From the NCBI RefSeq assembly GCF_006345805.1, contig NC_043008.1, positions 58,280,001-58,344,000 on the forward strand: a stretch of 64,000 nucleotides of DNA, given 5' to 3'. This document shows, piece by piece, positions 50,491-63,339 of the stretch. The position numbers and the translations under genes are program-made. This stretch comes from Octopus sinensis. Its lineage: Eukaryota. How positions within the stretch are numbered: the first letter of the stretch is position 1; each line of letters begins with the position of its first letter. The notes beneath the pieces were generated by a model, which saw only the letters and a list, made by a program, of their open reading frames with translations, ran no database searches and was not told where the DNA came from.

Positions 50491-50526
<36 letters not shown>

Positions 50527-50533
50527 GTATACA

Positions 50534-50567
<34 letters not shown>

Positions 50568-50748
50568 CATACACACACACACACAAATATATATATATAT
50601 ACACACACACAGACATAAGACCGTTTATCAAATATTGTATACTTATTGCGATATGAAATTTTGATTGTACATCTAACACAAAACTTCAAATATACGTGTG
50701 TGTGTGTCTCTTCCCTAATTTCCTACCTCTCGCCACACTCTCTTTATG

Positions 50749-50779
<31 letters not shown>

Positions 50780-50878
50780 GTATATATATCTATATATATA
50801 TATATACATGTATATATGTATATATATATATATACATACATATATATATATAATATATATATGTATGTACATATATAT

Positions 50879-50932
<54 letters not shown>

Positions 50933-51589
50933 TATATATATATGTATATACATATATGTATATATAAATAACCGATTAGTGCTTTCTGTGCTACATGATA
51001 CTCTACATACATAATGTTTCCTTTGTTATTGAATCGTTTGGGAAATAATTCAGTCGTCTTGGAAATTTTACAAGTTGAAACTATGGTGTTAATTATAAAA
51101 CTTAGCAAAAACTTCACTTAAAGAGAATATTATGATAAACCGAAATTATTTGGAAGGATCGGATTTCCTGCAAATAAACAGCCATATTTATCCAGTGCTG
51201 CCAAACAAATTATCTTACTTTACTGCCGTCATGAATAATTTGCCGAAAATTACTTCGTTTTGAAGCTTTGTAACTTTACGATTCTTGAAAATAAGAAACA
51301 AAAAAACAAAACAAGAAAACAAATACAAAATCGAAGGAAGAAATAAAGAAAGTAGACGGTATTTATTTTGGAGTAGTTAACACTATGTCCAACGTTTTCT
51401 TTGTTATCATAAAACTAGTACTACACCAATAGAATTGTTTATGAGTTCCTGTTTACAAGAGTGATTTGTTTCATTGTTCTTGTACAGTTTGGTCAATTTT
51501 GCCAGTTTTGAAAGTAGGAAGCATTGCAGAGTATTCGGCACGAACCGATGTCTCTCCTTGTTGACTATACGGACAGGCAGTGCTTTGCA

Positions 51590-52035
51590 ACGTTAAATTT
51601 TGGCATAAGGACAGCAATTTCGGTGAAGATATAAGTCGATTATATCGACCCCAGCATTCAACTGGGATTTATTTTATTGACCTCGAAAGAATGAAAGGTT
51701 AAGTCGATCTCAGCGGAATTTGAACTCAGAGCATAAAGACGGACGGAATGAGGCTCTGCATTTTGCCCGGCATACTGAAGGTTCTGCCAGCTCGCTGCCT
51801 TCAACGTTAATGATATATTGTTTTCCAATTTTGGTACAACGCCAGCAACTTTTTGGGGAGGCGTTAAGTCAATTACATCGACCCCAGCGTTCAACTGGTA
51901 TTTATTTTATCGACTCCTAAAGGATGAAAGGCAAATTCGACCTCCGTGGAATTTGAACTCAGAAGACAAAAACTGACGAAATTCCACTAAGCATTTTGCC
52001 TGGCGTGCTAACAATTCTGCCAGCTCACCGCCTTC
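51590..52035 (-). mobile_element. SINE-C dimer
   Basis: Both units are followed by ttcaacgttaatga(t/a)ata. Confidence 0.85.
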
Positions 52036-52464
52036 AACGTTAATGAAATACTGAAGGGCATTTTGGCTAGGAAAGGTGATTCGTATCCAACTTGAAGAAT
52101 AATAGATGATAAGAAAGCAGATAAGTCTTTAAGCATCTTAGGTTTACAAGTCGGAATATCGAAAAGCAAGTCCATATTGAATCAGAGTATGTTGCTTGAT
52201 CGAGTGTTCTATTCATCTGCTCAGAGTCTAGTTCAGTCCAGAGTTGTACGTGGAAGATGTATGAAAATGGAGGTCACGAACAAGCGGATCAGTTTCACAA
52301 AACCACGAATGCTGACGAAGTGTTATTAGTTAATTGTTATAGAAAATCCGCATTTATTTGTAATTTGACATAAGTTGATATTTAGTTGACTGATTTCAGA
52401 ATGATGACAAGTAAAGCAACAGTCGGTGAGATTTGAACTTAGAATATATAAAATATATAAACGT

Positions 52465-52745
52465 GTACCAGGACTGAACCCGGAATCATGTGGTTGGGAA
52501 GCAAGCTACTTATCACACAGCCACTCCTGCGCCTATCAAATAATAAAATAATCCTTCTTACTAGCATAAGGCCTGAGATTTTGGGGTGGGGTTAGTTGAT
52601 TATATCAACCCTAGTTCGTAACTGGTAGTTATTTTATCGAACCCGAAAGGATATAGAGCAAACTCGACCGGAAGCGAATTTGAACTCAGAACGTTAAGAC
52701 GAACGAAATGTCGCTAAGAAATTTATTCTGGCCAGCTCGCCGCCA
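52465..52745 (-). mobile_element. SINE-B head (52465-52535) plus diverged SINE-C (52545-52745)
   Basis: Family motifs. Confidence 0.75.
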
Positions 52746-53639
52746 TTAAAGCCTACTTTACAGCCACAATTTTTGCATTTGAAATATTCAAGTGGACCTT
52801 AAAAGAATTACGGAAGATGTTTACTCGCCATTTAAGTGGTCTTAAAGTATATTCTATGAACAGAAAACATAGAATTAATAACATTAAATGCATTGCGGTT
52901 TAAAGTGTCATCATCTTAGTCATAGTTCAGTTCCAGACGAACTGAAATAGAATCAAAGACATTACAGCAATGGCGGCATCAATTATATCTAGAGCTATAC
53001 AATCCAGTGTTCATTCTTTTCTAAGACAGTAGGGTGTAATTAAAAGGAGATTTAGTTCTTTGTTTTTCAAGCAAGACGAGCGCGTAAAGTCTCCATTGTT
53101 ATGTAAAACAATAGCTAATTACTTCATAGCTAATTATCATGTATTACATTTCTTAATAAGACGATAGCGGCAGGATATAATATCTACACAGATTTTTGAA
53201 GAATGCTGGAATAAAATACACACTGCAAATTTTCTATGCGAAAAGACAAAAAAATAATACGGGAAATGTTGCCAATAAATTAAATCTTAGATTATATAAC
53301 TTTAAAAAAGTTTTTAAAATTATTTTATAAATCTTTTTGATATAATTTATCGGTATCTTCTAAGCTCATGCAATTTTCTCATCTAATTCTATGAAAGTGT
53401 AAAATCATAGCTTCTATTGTTTTTAATATCTGGAGTTATAAAATGTTTTAAATAACAACAGCCTAACGGAATCGGTATATTTTGAAGAATATAAATTCCA
53501 GACAATGTTTTTCTTCTTTTTGTTTTAACTTGAAGGAAAACTTTTGGTGTTGTTTATAAAATTATATTCAGCTTAAGCAAGCAAAATTGATTTTTCAGGA
53601 AAAGGATTCAAAATAATATTTGTTACCTCAAAAATTAAG

Positions 53640-54185
53640 GCTCGATTTCAAATCCCGCCGAGGTAGATTTGTCCTTTCATCCTGTCGGAATCGATTAAAT
53701 AATTACCAGCTGAACACTAGGGGTCGATGTAATCGATTAGCTCCCCACTCCAAAATTTCTGGCATTGTGCCAAGATTTGAAATCAATATTTGTTAACAAT
53801 ATATATATATATATGTAGGCGTAGTGGTAAGTAGTTTGCTAACGAACCACATGGTTCCGGGTTCAGTCCCACTGTGTGGAACCTTGGGCAAGTGTCTTTT
53901 GCTATAGCCTCGGGCCGACCAAAGCCTTGTAAGTGGATTTGGTAGACGGAAACTGAAAGAAACCCGACGTATGCATGTGTGTGTGTTTGTGTGTCTGTGT
54001 TTGTCCCCCGAACATCGCTTGACAACCGATGCTGGTGTGTTTACGTCTCTGTAACTTAGCTGTTCGGCAAAAGATACCGATACAATAAGATACAATACAA
54101 AGAATAAGTTCTGGGGTCGATTTGCTCGACTAAAGGCGGTGTTCCAGCATGGCCACAGTCACATGACTGAAACAAGTGAAAGAGT
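53640..54185 (+). mobile_element. SINE-C fragment (53640-53785) followed by a full SINE-B (53817-54185)
   Basis: Family motifs. Confidence 0.85.
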
Positions 54186-54698
54186 ATGTAGTAGTCTTAC
54201 CTGTGTGTTGTTGTCTTTCACTTTTAATCCTTGCTTGACCATCACCTTTGTGATGTCCTTTATATCACTCTCGCAACCACCCGAGTAGTAGCTAGGAATT
54301 TAAAGCTTTTAAACTTTAACCGCACTGAAATTGCGATTGTAATCTAGTCTCCAGGGCTAATGAAAGAAATTTATTTGTTCTTCTGTGTTTTCCCGATAAT
54401 CTTTACCATGTTACATTTATCGCATTCACATTCTCTTAACATTTTCACCCATTTATCGATGTTCCTCTCTCTTGCTGTGGCCATTTAATGTTTCTCCTCT
54501 CTCGTTCCTTGTTACTCTCTCCCTTTGTTTTTCTCTCTTGTTTTCACTGTTATACAATATTTCTATCTTGTTATTCGTTCTACTTAGAAATTCCCATCCG
54601 TCTCTGTTGTATTTTTGCTTTCCTTGGTTCTTTCTTTGCTCTATTTCACACTCATTCTTCTCTTTCTTTCCCTCTCTCTCGTTACCTCTACTATGGCT

Positions 54699-55086
54699 GG
54701 AGGAGGCGCAATGGCCCAGTGGTTAGGGCAGCGGACTCGCGGTCATAGGATCGCGGTTTCGATTCCCAGACCGGGCGTTGTGAGTGTTTATTGAGCGAAA
54801 ACACCTAAAAAGCTCCACGAGGCTCCGGCAGGGGGTGGTGGTGATCCCTGCTGTACTCTTTCACCACAACTCTCTCTCACTCTTTCTTCCTGTTTCTGTT
54901 GTACCTGTATTTCAAGGGGCCGGCCTTGTCATTCTCTGTGTCACGCTGAATATCCCCGAGAACTACGTTAAGGGTACACGTGTCTGTGGAGTGCTCAGCC
55001 ACTTACACGTTAATTTCACGAGCAGGCTGTTCCGTTGATTCGGATCAACCGGAACCCTCATCGTTGTAACCGACAGAGTGCTTCCC
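54699..55086 (+). mobile_element. Full SINE-A with a 56-bp target-site duplication
   Basis: 54643-54698 matches 55087-55142 with one mismatch. Confidence 0.95.
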
Positions 55087-55959
55087 ATTTCACACTCATT
55101 CTCCTCTTTCTTTCCCTCTCTCTCGTTACCTCTACTATGGCTTGTCAATCTAAAATTTCTTCAGTCTTCCTATCTGCCCTTTTCTTGGTTCCCCTTCTAC
55201 TATCTTTTACAATTCTGTTACTCGCTACTGCGGGTAAATCTCATAACTCTTCCATTCAGGTTTCCGATAGCTGCTGTGTTTAGACAGCTACTCTTGGATT
55301 TTTGCCCTTCTCTCCTTCCATACGAGGCCTTCAACCTTTCATTTATTTTGTGTTAGTTCTCGATGAGTATGCCTCTTTGCGCCTGATCGAGAGACTACTG
55401 CCTGTAAGTCCTCATTTATGTATGTATGTACATACGTATGTGTGTGTATGTTTTTGTGTGTGTATACGAGTGTATGTGTCTACATTTGTATAATTGTGTG
55501 TATATATATCATATAACATTAGATGTTTCATTATTTCCCGCCCTACTTGCATGTTGTGGTTCTTCACATTTAGTCCTTATTTTACCATCACCTCTGTGAT
55601 ATTCCCCACATGACTGGTACAACCAGATGATCAGTATCATGAAATATAAAGTCTTCAGGGTTGAAATGAGCCGAAACTGCAATCGACATTTGTCTCCAGG
55701 GTTGCTGAGAGAATTTCCATGTATTTTTATCGTTTTTCCTTTTCGCTTGATCGTTTCCATGTGCCATTCATTTCAGAGAACACATAGAGAGATGCGCAGG
55801 TAATATCCAACCAAACTTCAGAGTTTCCCCCATCTCTCAGTGCAAAGAAACAATTTCTATAAAAAACATTTAAATAAAGAAAATTTGTTTATCGAAAAAT
55901 ACAGAACACGTCTAAACATGGACGCATAACTAACTTTGATCTCAGTATATATTTTAATT

Positions 55960-56285
55960 CATGATCTCATACCCATCACCCTACATATTTTTCTCACTAC
56001 TTTATCTTTTGAGTTTTTGCGTATATTTATCCCCTCCCCGAAGATGAACAATTACTTCCCCTGTCCCCAATTATAACGATCACCAATTACCTCCCCTTAG
56101 ATTTTTCTACATGTTGAATCAATCGTTCATAAATTTTTCCTCACACAACATGGACTAAAATCTCATTAAGAAAACACGAAATTACAATAATTTCAATGTC
56201 ATGACTAGCGAAAGCGAAACCGGCCGACAAACAATATAAAATATATTAAAACATATATTACAACTATGTAAAGTGTGTGTACTTT
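55960..56285 (+). mobile_element. Copy 2 of the A3-U8 hammerhead family (motif at 56197-56229)
   Basis: tgtc-ATGACTA-gc gaaa gc-GAAA-c cg g-CC-gaca; flanks homologous to 15310-15650. Confidence 0.7.
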
Positions 56286-56375
56286 CTTTCTTTTAATCTC
56301 TCTCTCTCTCTCTATCTCTATCTATATATATATATGTATGTGTATTATATATATATATATATACCTACATACGCA

Positions 56376-56431
<56 letters not shown>

Positions 56432-56631
56432 ACAATTATTCGGCAGCCATGATAAAACTCTGAGTTTCGGATGCCGAGGTGGAAATTCACGCCGCCATCT
56501 CTTCAGTTATCCGGCCATCGGGACAACGCTATGAAAAAATAATTGTCACATATTACATTTACAGATAAATTCCTCTGTTTCCATAATACCGAGGTCTCTT
56601 TCTTTCTTTTGTTATCTTACCGTTTTTATCA

Positions 56632-56662
<31 letters not shown>

Positions 56663-57039
56663 CATAGCTACATAATTTTAAAATTTCCAAAAATTAGTAG
56701 ATACGTTTAGAACCAAATGCACTTTTTCATCATTGTTATCAATATTGCCTTTCCATCACTCTACCTGAAAATCTCTCTTCCTAATTCCTCTGTGATTAAA
56801 TGCTTTCTAACGTATCCCGAAGTCCTTCCATCACAATCATGTATTTTGACTATCCCATCCACTAAATTAAACGCATTTCTCCCATCTCATATTAATCCAA
56901 AAGTTTCATTTATTCTCAATGAAGCCAACACTTAAACCCCATTATGACTCTCAAACTGCACCAGCGTTTGTACTGAGGTAAAAGAAGGGGATCTGGTTGT
57001 CAGTAAACCTCCTGTATCAGTTTGTATTGTTATTTAACA

Positions 57040-57250
57040 ACATCCCTGAAAGTCACACTCGCTTTCTAAATAATCTTGACCTATGTTTCCAGTAATCCCT
57101 ACTTTCCACCATTAGATAGATTTATCACTGTCTAAGCATGGCAATTCATTGTACAGCATCCTTCCACGCGATAATCCCTTTGTCACATGACCCTTGTGGT
57201 ATCTCATAAGAGTTAGCTGGATGAACATGTATTATTTTTGTAACCCTACG
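57040..57250 (-). pseudogene. Highly degenerate LINE (RTE-like) C-terminal relic
   Basis: Weak IAWKDAVQ...VESRDYWKH resemblance only. Confidence 0.3.
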
Positions 57251-58804
57251 TCGACATCTGAGAAAACGTACTCATCATCTCCATCTCAAATGAGATAGTT
57301 ATCAGATAAAGGAAACTGTCCTTGCTGACGTCCGTTGATGTTTCTCACACAACTAAAGCCACCATCATTGGTAACTGATTTTATTCATAACTGAATATAC
57401 GAAGACCGACACTTACATCACCTAAAAAAAAAAGAATTAGCCACCAAACTCTACTGAGAGGGGTTTTAATTTTCGAACTGAGAGCGAGAGTCTGGTGTCT
57501 CGGGTAAGGGAATCTATACAAAATTTGCAGAATACCTTTACACGATTCATTTTAAGTATATGTACAGTTGTTCCGCATTGTTCACTTTCATTTTTTTTGC
57601 ATACAATATAAATATTCCTGAAAACTCTTCATTTTCCCCCAAGACCAACCTTACTAAAATATGCACATAATTGTTATGTATAGAACCTTCTTCATGCATT
57701 TTAATCCCACAAGATTTGATTATGTGCAGTTAGTATATCTCTTATACTCAAGGCTTGCTCTCTCGATCTTTTGTAAATCCTTAACGATCTCTTAAGGATT
57801 CTACATTGCTTCTTACCCTCTCGTCATCCCTGCTTCATAAAGGCTATTTAGCTGTTTTTGCCAGATCGTTTGACTAGCAGATTGTGTGTACTTACATCAG
57901 CAGCCTGTGGTTCTATTTACTTAAACAATCGGCATGGACGCCTCGTAGTCGATCGACGTACGGCTTAGCCTTTATATTTATGATTTCTCAATCGATCGTC
58001 TCCTAAATTTATTCAGAGCAAATAGAATTTTGTTTGCTTTGGTGTCAGAGAGAATTATTATGTTATCATACGAGTCTTTAAAAACATCTCTTTTACTGAC
58101 TTTGCCTGTTTGCTTTGATTAAATGTGAATTCGGCGCAGTACTAATGTTATCTGGACACATTACTATATCTTATCTTGTAACTTCGTGATATTCTCGGCT
58201 TCAGTGCTATAAATGTGATTTATCCTTTCGTCACTATTGGGTCTCTAAAACAATCAGCATCAATTCTTCTCAGAACGCTCTCTTTTCAAATGAGTGTTAA
58301 TCAGCAAAGCAAGAGCTGTAGCAGCGTTTCCAATTACCTGACAATTACTACGCGTTGACTTACCATTTTACACCTTTTGCATCGTATCCACCAGTTACAG
58401 AGATGTTTTCTCGTGATTTATATTGCTGTTTACGAGTTTATGGAATTACTTCACAAGCTCCGAGAGATTTTGTAATGGTAATGATTGTTTTAACAGTGCA
58501 AGCTACCGAAGTTAACACTTGGATTTTATTTCTTCATTAATTCTCATTGTTTAAGTCTTTTCTAGCAAGGGTTTCGATGCATTTCATTGCAAATTTCTTA
58601 TTTTCAAAGATGTTTCACAAGATGAAGGTACGGTGCTAGAATTATTTAGCGTATTATTCTTAGACATGGGAAAATAACGGGGAATAATCAATACAGACGC
58701 ATATTGTATAATTTTCATGATATCTAATTTCGTCACATGCGATTCGGAGATCAAACCACGCCAAGTGTTGACTATCAATACTAGTTATTAAGTATTATGA
58801 AATA

Positions 58805-58990
58805 AGGTAGCGAGCTGGTAGAATCGATAGCACGCCGAGAGAAATTTTTAGTGACATTTCGTCTGTCTTTACGTTCTGAGTTCACATTCCGCCGAGGTTG
58901 ACTTTGCCTTTCATCCTTTCGGAGAGCGATAAAATAAGTATCAGTTGATTACTGGGTTCGATATAATCGACTTAACCCCTTCTACGAAAT
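58805..58990 (+). mobile_element. SINE-C
   Basis: Family motifs. Confidence 0.9.
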
Positions 58991-60662
58991 TTAATTGACT
59001 GCAAATGCTTTTAATTGTAAAGCTGTGTACATTTATATTTAACAAGTTCGTCTACACCCGAAGGTGGGAAGCTCTTTATTGAAGTAACTACCTCTAAAGG
59101 AATATTTTCTTGTTTGACAATGTGTGTCAAAACCACAACGAACAGGGATATGACTACTGTAATCAGACAAATGGACACGTGTCTCTGAATCCTTGCCTTT
59201 CATTAGCAACAGAAAATGAATCTGTTGTTCAAACCACGCTAAAAGCTGTCGTTGTAATATGTTAATAGTAAAAAATAACACGTATCCTAAAAGCCGATGG
59301 CCTCATTCATAGCCCAGATATGTATGCTTTTACAGAGATTGTTTAAAAGAATTTCTCTTCCGAGATGGTTGCTGCAATAGAGGCATTTCCTCGTTTGCAT
59401 TTACACGAATCTGTTGAATATAAATTATTATATTTTTATTTTAATCATTCCTACTCCGTTTCTCTCGTAACTGTCATTTATCTGTCGTTTAGACGTTAAT
59501 CTAAGTATTTATGTTTAAATGATTGATAATCATCTTTCTAGAATCTTTCTATGTATTCAACTCTATAGGAAAGATAAATATATATTTATAATTAAATGTA
59601 TGTCATCATTAATGTTCATATACAAAGCAATTAATACAGAGACACTTTGAATGATCATGTAAAAGTTTGATAGCCAAAATAATTCATCATTGATCGAGAG
59701 AAATATTTCTATGATATGATGGCAAAGTGATAAAAATAACATTAGTCATTGAGTTAATATTGTATTTCCCTTGTTGCAGAAGACTTCATAATGAAATTTT
59801 TAATATTTGGATATGATAATAACTTAAGTACTCTTCCTTCATACAGATGGTATCTCTGAGTAATCCACTTTGAAGATACTTTTTAATAAAAAATATTGCA
59901 TGCTAACTTGGCTTGTTAGTGATGAGAATTCACCACAAATATTCAGCCACAACGATGTAAAACATCAATGTAGCGTTACTGAAGCAATGAGAGCTTTGAA
60001 TTCAAATATGAAACTTATAGAACACAGTAAAATTTCAGGTCATTGAGGAAACGAAAGAGAATATTGCCAAAGGTCTATAATGTCTATGATATAATGGTCA
60101 TATAGAAACTGTCTACGAATGATAAAGTAAAACAGAACAAACAAATCTGTGCTGTATGACATCAAAGAACAACACACTTTAAACTATCTACTGAAAAATT
60201 TATCCTTGACTCCAAGCTGAAGCATAAAACTATATCTACCACCAGTATAGACTGTTGTTCATATCCGAGCTCCCATACATTGTAAATTAGTATTGAGAAA
60301 CTAGATTAAGTTTCAATTTTTGTTTGTTGAACTTCATAAACAAGAACACTTCTTTCCACCGAGACACTATTCTCTATGTGTTATAATCTATTAAATGAAA
60401 TATTTTGAGATAAAACCCAAAACATTTAAGCAATTTAAATATGTGACATACATTGCCAGTAGTATTAAACGTTGTTTGATATAGAACTCATCAAACAAAA
60501 ACGGAAGATTCTTTGTCGCTGCTTTCGCGAATTTCCATGACTGTCGCCATCTAATTCCATTATTACGAATTTGAATTAGGGGCTTGAGTGTCAGTGAGTC
60601 TTTCCTTAGCTGATAACACAACTAGGAACGCCTCCCCTAGTGAATGCATTGCAGTAACTTAC

Positions 60663-60769
60663 TTGATACAGCTCGGTAATCCTGATCTAGGATTCCTCCG
60701 CTCAGCATTAGTGTATGAAGCACCGTTGGCTTCTTTGAGCTCTTCCGCCGCCTCTTCACAATCCGCCAT
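60663..60769 (-). CDS. Probable first coding exon of an unidentified host gene (MADCEEAAEELKEANGASYTNAERRNPRSGLPSCI, phase-2 end)
   Basis: Strong start context caacATGGCG, GC-rich non-repetitive open frame of 107 nt, consensus donor AA|GTAAGT; no downstream exon identified. Confidence 0.65.
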
Positions 60770-61044
60770 GTTGCAGCCCCATGACTTCGCCGTATGCATG
60801 TGTATGTGCGTGGCTGTGTGTGTTTGTACCATGGCATCCCTTAATGACCTGTCCTGGCTTATTTAAGACCCCGTAAAAGGATTTGATAGAATTAGTTCTA
60901 GGCTTTGCAAAAATAACTACTGGGGGCGATTCACCTTAGTAAACCCGACAAGTCCGCGCCCCAACATGGCCGCAATCGAATGATTTAAACAAGTCAAAGA
61001 TAAAAAATAAAAGATACACATTCACATGTTATGTTTATAAGACT

Positions 61045-61352
61045 TGTGAAGGCGTGTAGCTTAGTTTTTAGGGTATTCGCCTCCCGATCTTACGATCGTG
61101 TGTTCGATTCCCGGCGACGCGTTGTGTCCTTGAGCAAGACACTTCATTTCACGTTACCCCGGCCTACTCAGCTGGCAAAATGAGTAGTACTTGTATTTCG
61201 GAGGGCCAACACACGTTGAATCTCAAAGAAAACTACGTCAAGGGTACACGTGTCTGTGGAGTGCTCAGTCACTTGCACGTTAATTTTACGAGCAAGCTGT
61301 TCCGTTGATCGGATCAACCGGACCACTCATCGTCGTAACAACGAAGTACCAG
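61045..61352 (+). mobile_element. SINE-D (diverged)
   Basis: Homologous to 4363-4680. Confidence 0.85.
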
Positions 61353-62464
61353 TGTTTTCTTTATGGAAGTTGCAAAAATTTTAGAGATTTCACTAAACGT
61401 TAAATTTAAATGTACCTCCAGTGTAGAAAATTTAACTCATTTAAACATAGACACAATGAAGTCATGAATATGTGAGGCATGCCGTTAATATTTTGACTGA
61501 GAATTTGGCACCTTGTCGTCTGTGTAATGTGTGAGCTATTTACCAAATATTTAGAAAAATAAACAGATGTTAAAACCACAAAGTAATATCAAAAGCAAAA
61601 ACTAATTTCTAAAGAAAAGTTAAAATTGATAAAATTAAAGAGCGTAAATTAAAAGAAAAATAATTTTTCATTGTATTTGTCATATGAAAGAAATAAAAGA
61701 AAAAAAACAGATGTTAAAAATATAAAGTAGTATCAAAAACAAAAACTGAATTTTAAAGAAAACTTAAAATTGATAAATGAGCTTAGATTAAAAAAAGAAT
61801 GCTTCATTGTATTTGTCATATGGAGGAAATAAAGTAAAAAATAACTTGATGATAATATCAGACCTATGTAATATTACATAAATTGACGATTATGAAAAAC
61901 GATATATATATTCGTAGATAATTCAAAGTGATACATTTTCCAAGCAGGATTAAACAGACTATTATATGACATCATTAATTATAATGAAAAAATCAATTTT
62001 TGTGAGATATGCCAATTAAAAGTAGTGACGATGTTAATTACTCAATTCCAACATATTTGTATGTATGTATGTATGTATGTATGTATGTATGTTGCTATTA
62101 TGTTAAACTGTCGTATATCCAAATTTGGCCAAGTGTGTTTTTTTTTTCAATATTTCATTTGGGTTGGAATAGCCGGTTCTTTTGTTCAAACTATCGTATC
62201 TCCAGCTGTCAGTTGAAAATTGTCAAAGTGTAGCGCAAAGGTTTAGCAGTTTTCAAAAGTGTAGTAAGCACATACGACAGTTTTACAAAAATATTTCTCA
62301 CTGAAAATATCATACATGTATGGAGTTACGATTTTATGCACCCAACAAAATATTATTGTTGAGCTGAAACTGTTGCTAATGTAAAAAGAAATGGTATGGT
62401 GAAACTATTTTTTCGTTTTCTGAACAAGCTAAGTTTTGGACTTACGACATCTTTGCTTAACGTT

Positions 62465-62748
62465 GTTGGGTGTTCCTTCTCGAGCCATGCTTGACTCATA
62501 AGGGCCACTTTTCTGGTTTCATTGGCGTATAGTTCCCCACCTGGACGGGGCACCAGTCCATTGCAGGTGAGCTGCTAGATGCAGGAGGAAAGAGGGAGCG
62601 AAAGTTGTGGCGAAAGAGTCAGCAGAAGTTCGCCATTATCTTCTGCCAGAGCCGCGTGGAGCTTAGGTGTTTCGCTCATAAACAAACACACCGTCCGGCC
62701 TGAGATTTGAAACCGCAATCCCTCTAAACACTGGGCCATGTGCCTCCA
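62465..62748 (-). mobile_element. SINE-A (gagaaggaac-tail variant)
   Basis: Homologous to 2410-2715. Confidence 0.85.
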
Positions 62749-62920
62749 CTGTTTGCATAAAAGCAACAATATATATCTAAGTCACAATATATGGATTCAA
62801 GTAATACGGTAGTACTCATAAAGTTTCTTAATGCATCGTTCTACAAAACATGGAATATATAGGACGATACAAGAGAAAACGATAAGGAGCGTTTAAAGTT
62901 ATACATAACAGAGAAATAGT

Positions 62921-63173
62921 ATGATGAATATTTATTTAGCAATAAGAAACTTTAAATATCACGACAATTGTTTCGTAACTTAATGCACATATAAAGTATG
63001 CGGCTTAATTTTTGCGTTGCTTTTAAAAAAACGTTTTTTCATTTTGCATTAATGCAGGCATCGATGTAATTTATTTATTATTAAATATAATAATATAAAT
63101 TATCTTTACATTAGCTACGAAACAATTTGTCATGATATTTGAATGTACTTATTGTTAAATAAATTTTCATCAT
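62921..63173. repeat. Diverged ~60-bp inverted repeat (62921-62980 and 63113-63173)
   Basis: Both arms read ag.tacGAAACaatt(t)GTC.tgatattt.aa...ttattg.taaataaat.ttcatcat. Confidence 0.8.
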
Positions 63174-63201
63174 TAACATTTCTGTCATTTATAACTTTAT
63201 A

Positions 63202-63256
<55 letters not shown>

Positions 63257-63278
63257 GACATATATACATATATATATG

Positions 63279-63310
<32 letters not shown>

Positions 63311-63339
63311 TGTGCGTGTGTGTGTGTGTGTTTGTGTGT

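Noticed and set aside
54699-54775. tRNA-like heads with A and B boxes
   Set aside because: No full cloverleaf or acceptor stem; each runs into a SINE body and some have TSDs, so they are not tRNA genes.
57890-58560. Two strong minus-strand GTAAGT donors (near 57895 and 58361)
   Set aside because: The segment before the 57895 donor has stops in all three frames, and the one before 58361 has no usable acceptor; at best non-coding exons.
59780-59849. Possible plus-strand 70-nt exon (ttgcag|...DFIMKFLIFGYDNNLSTLPSYR|gtatct)
   Set aside because: Weak donor, AT-rich, no partner exon; cannot be supported without RNA data.
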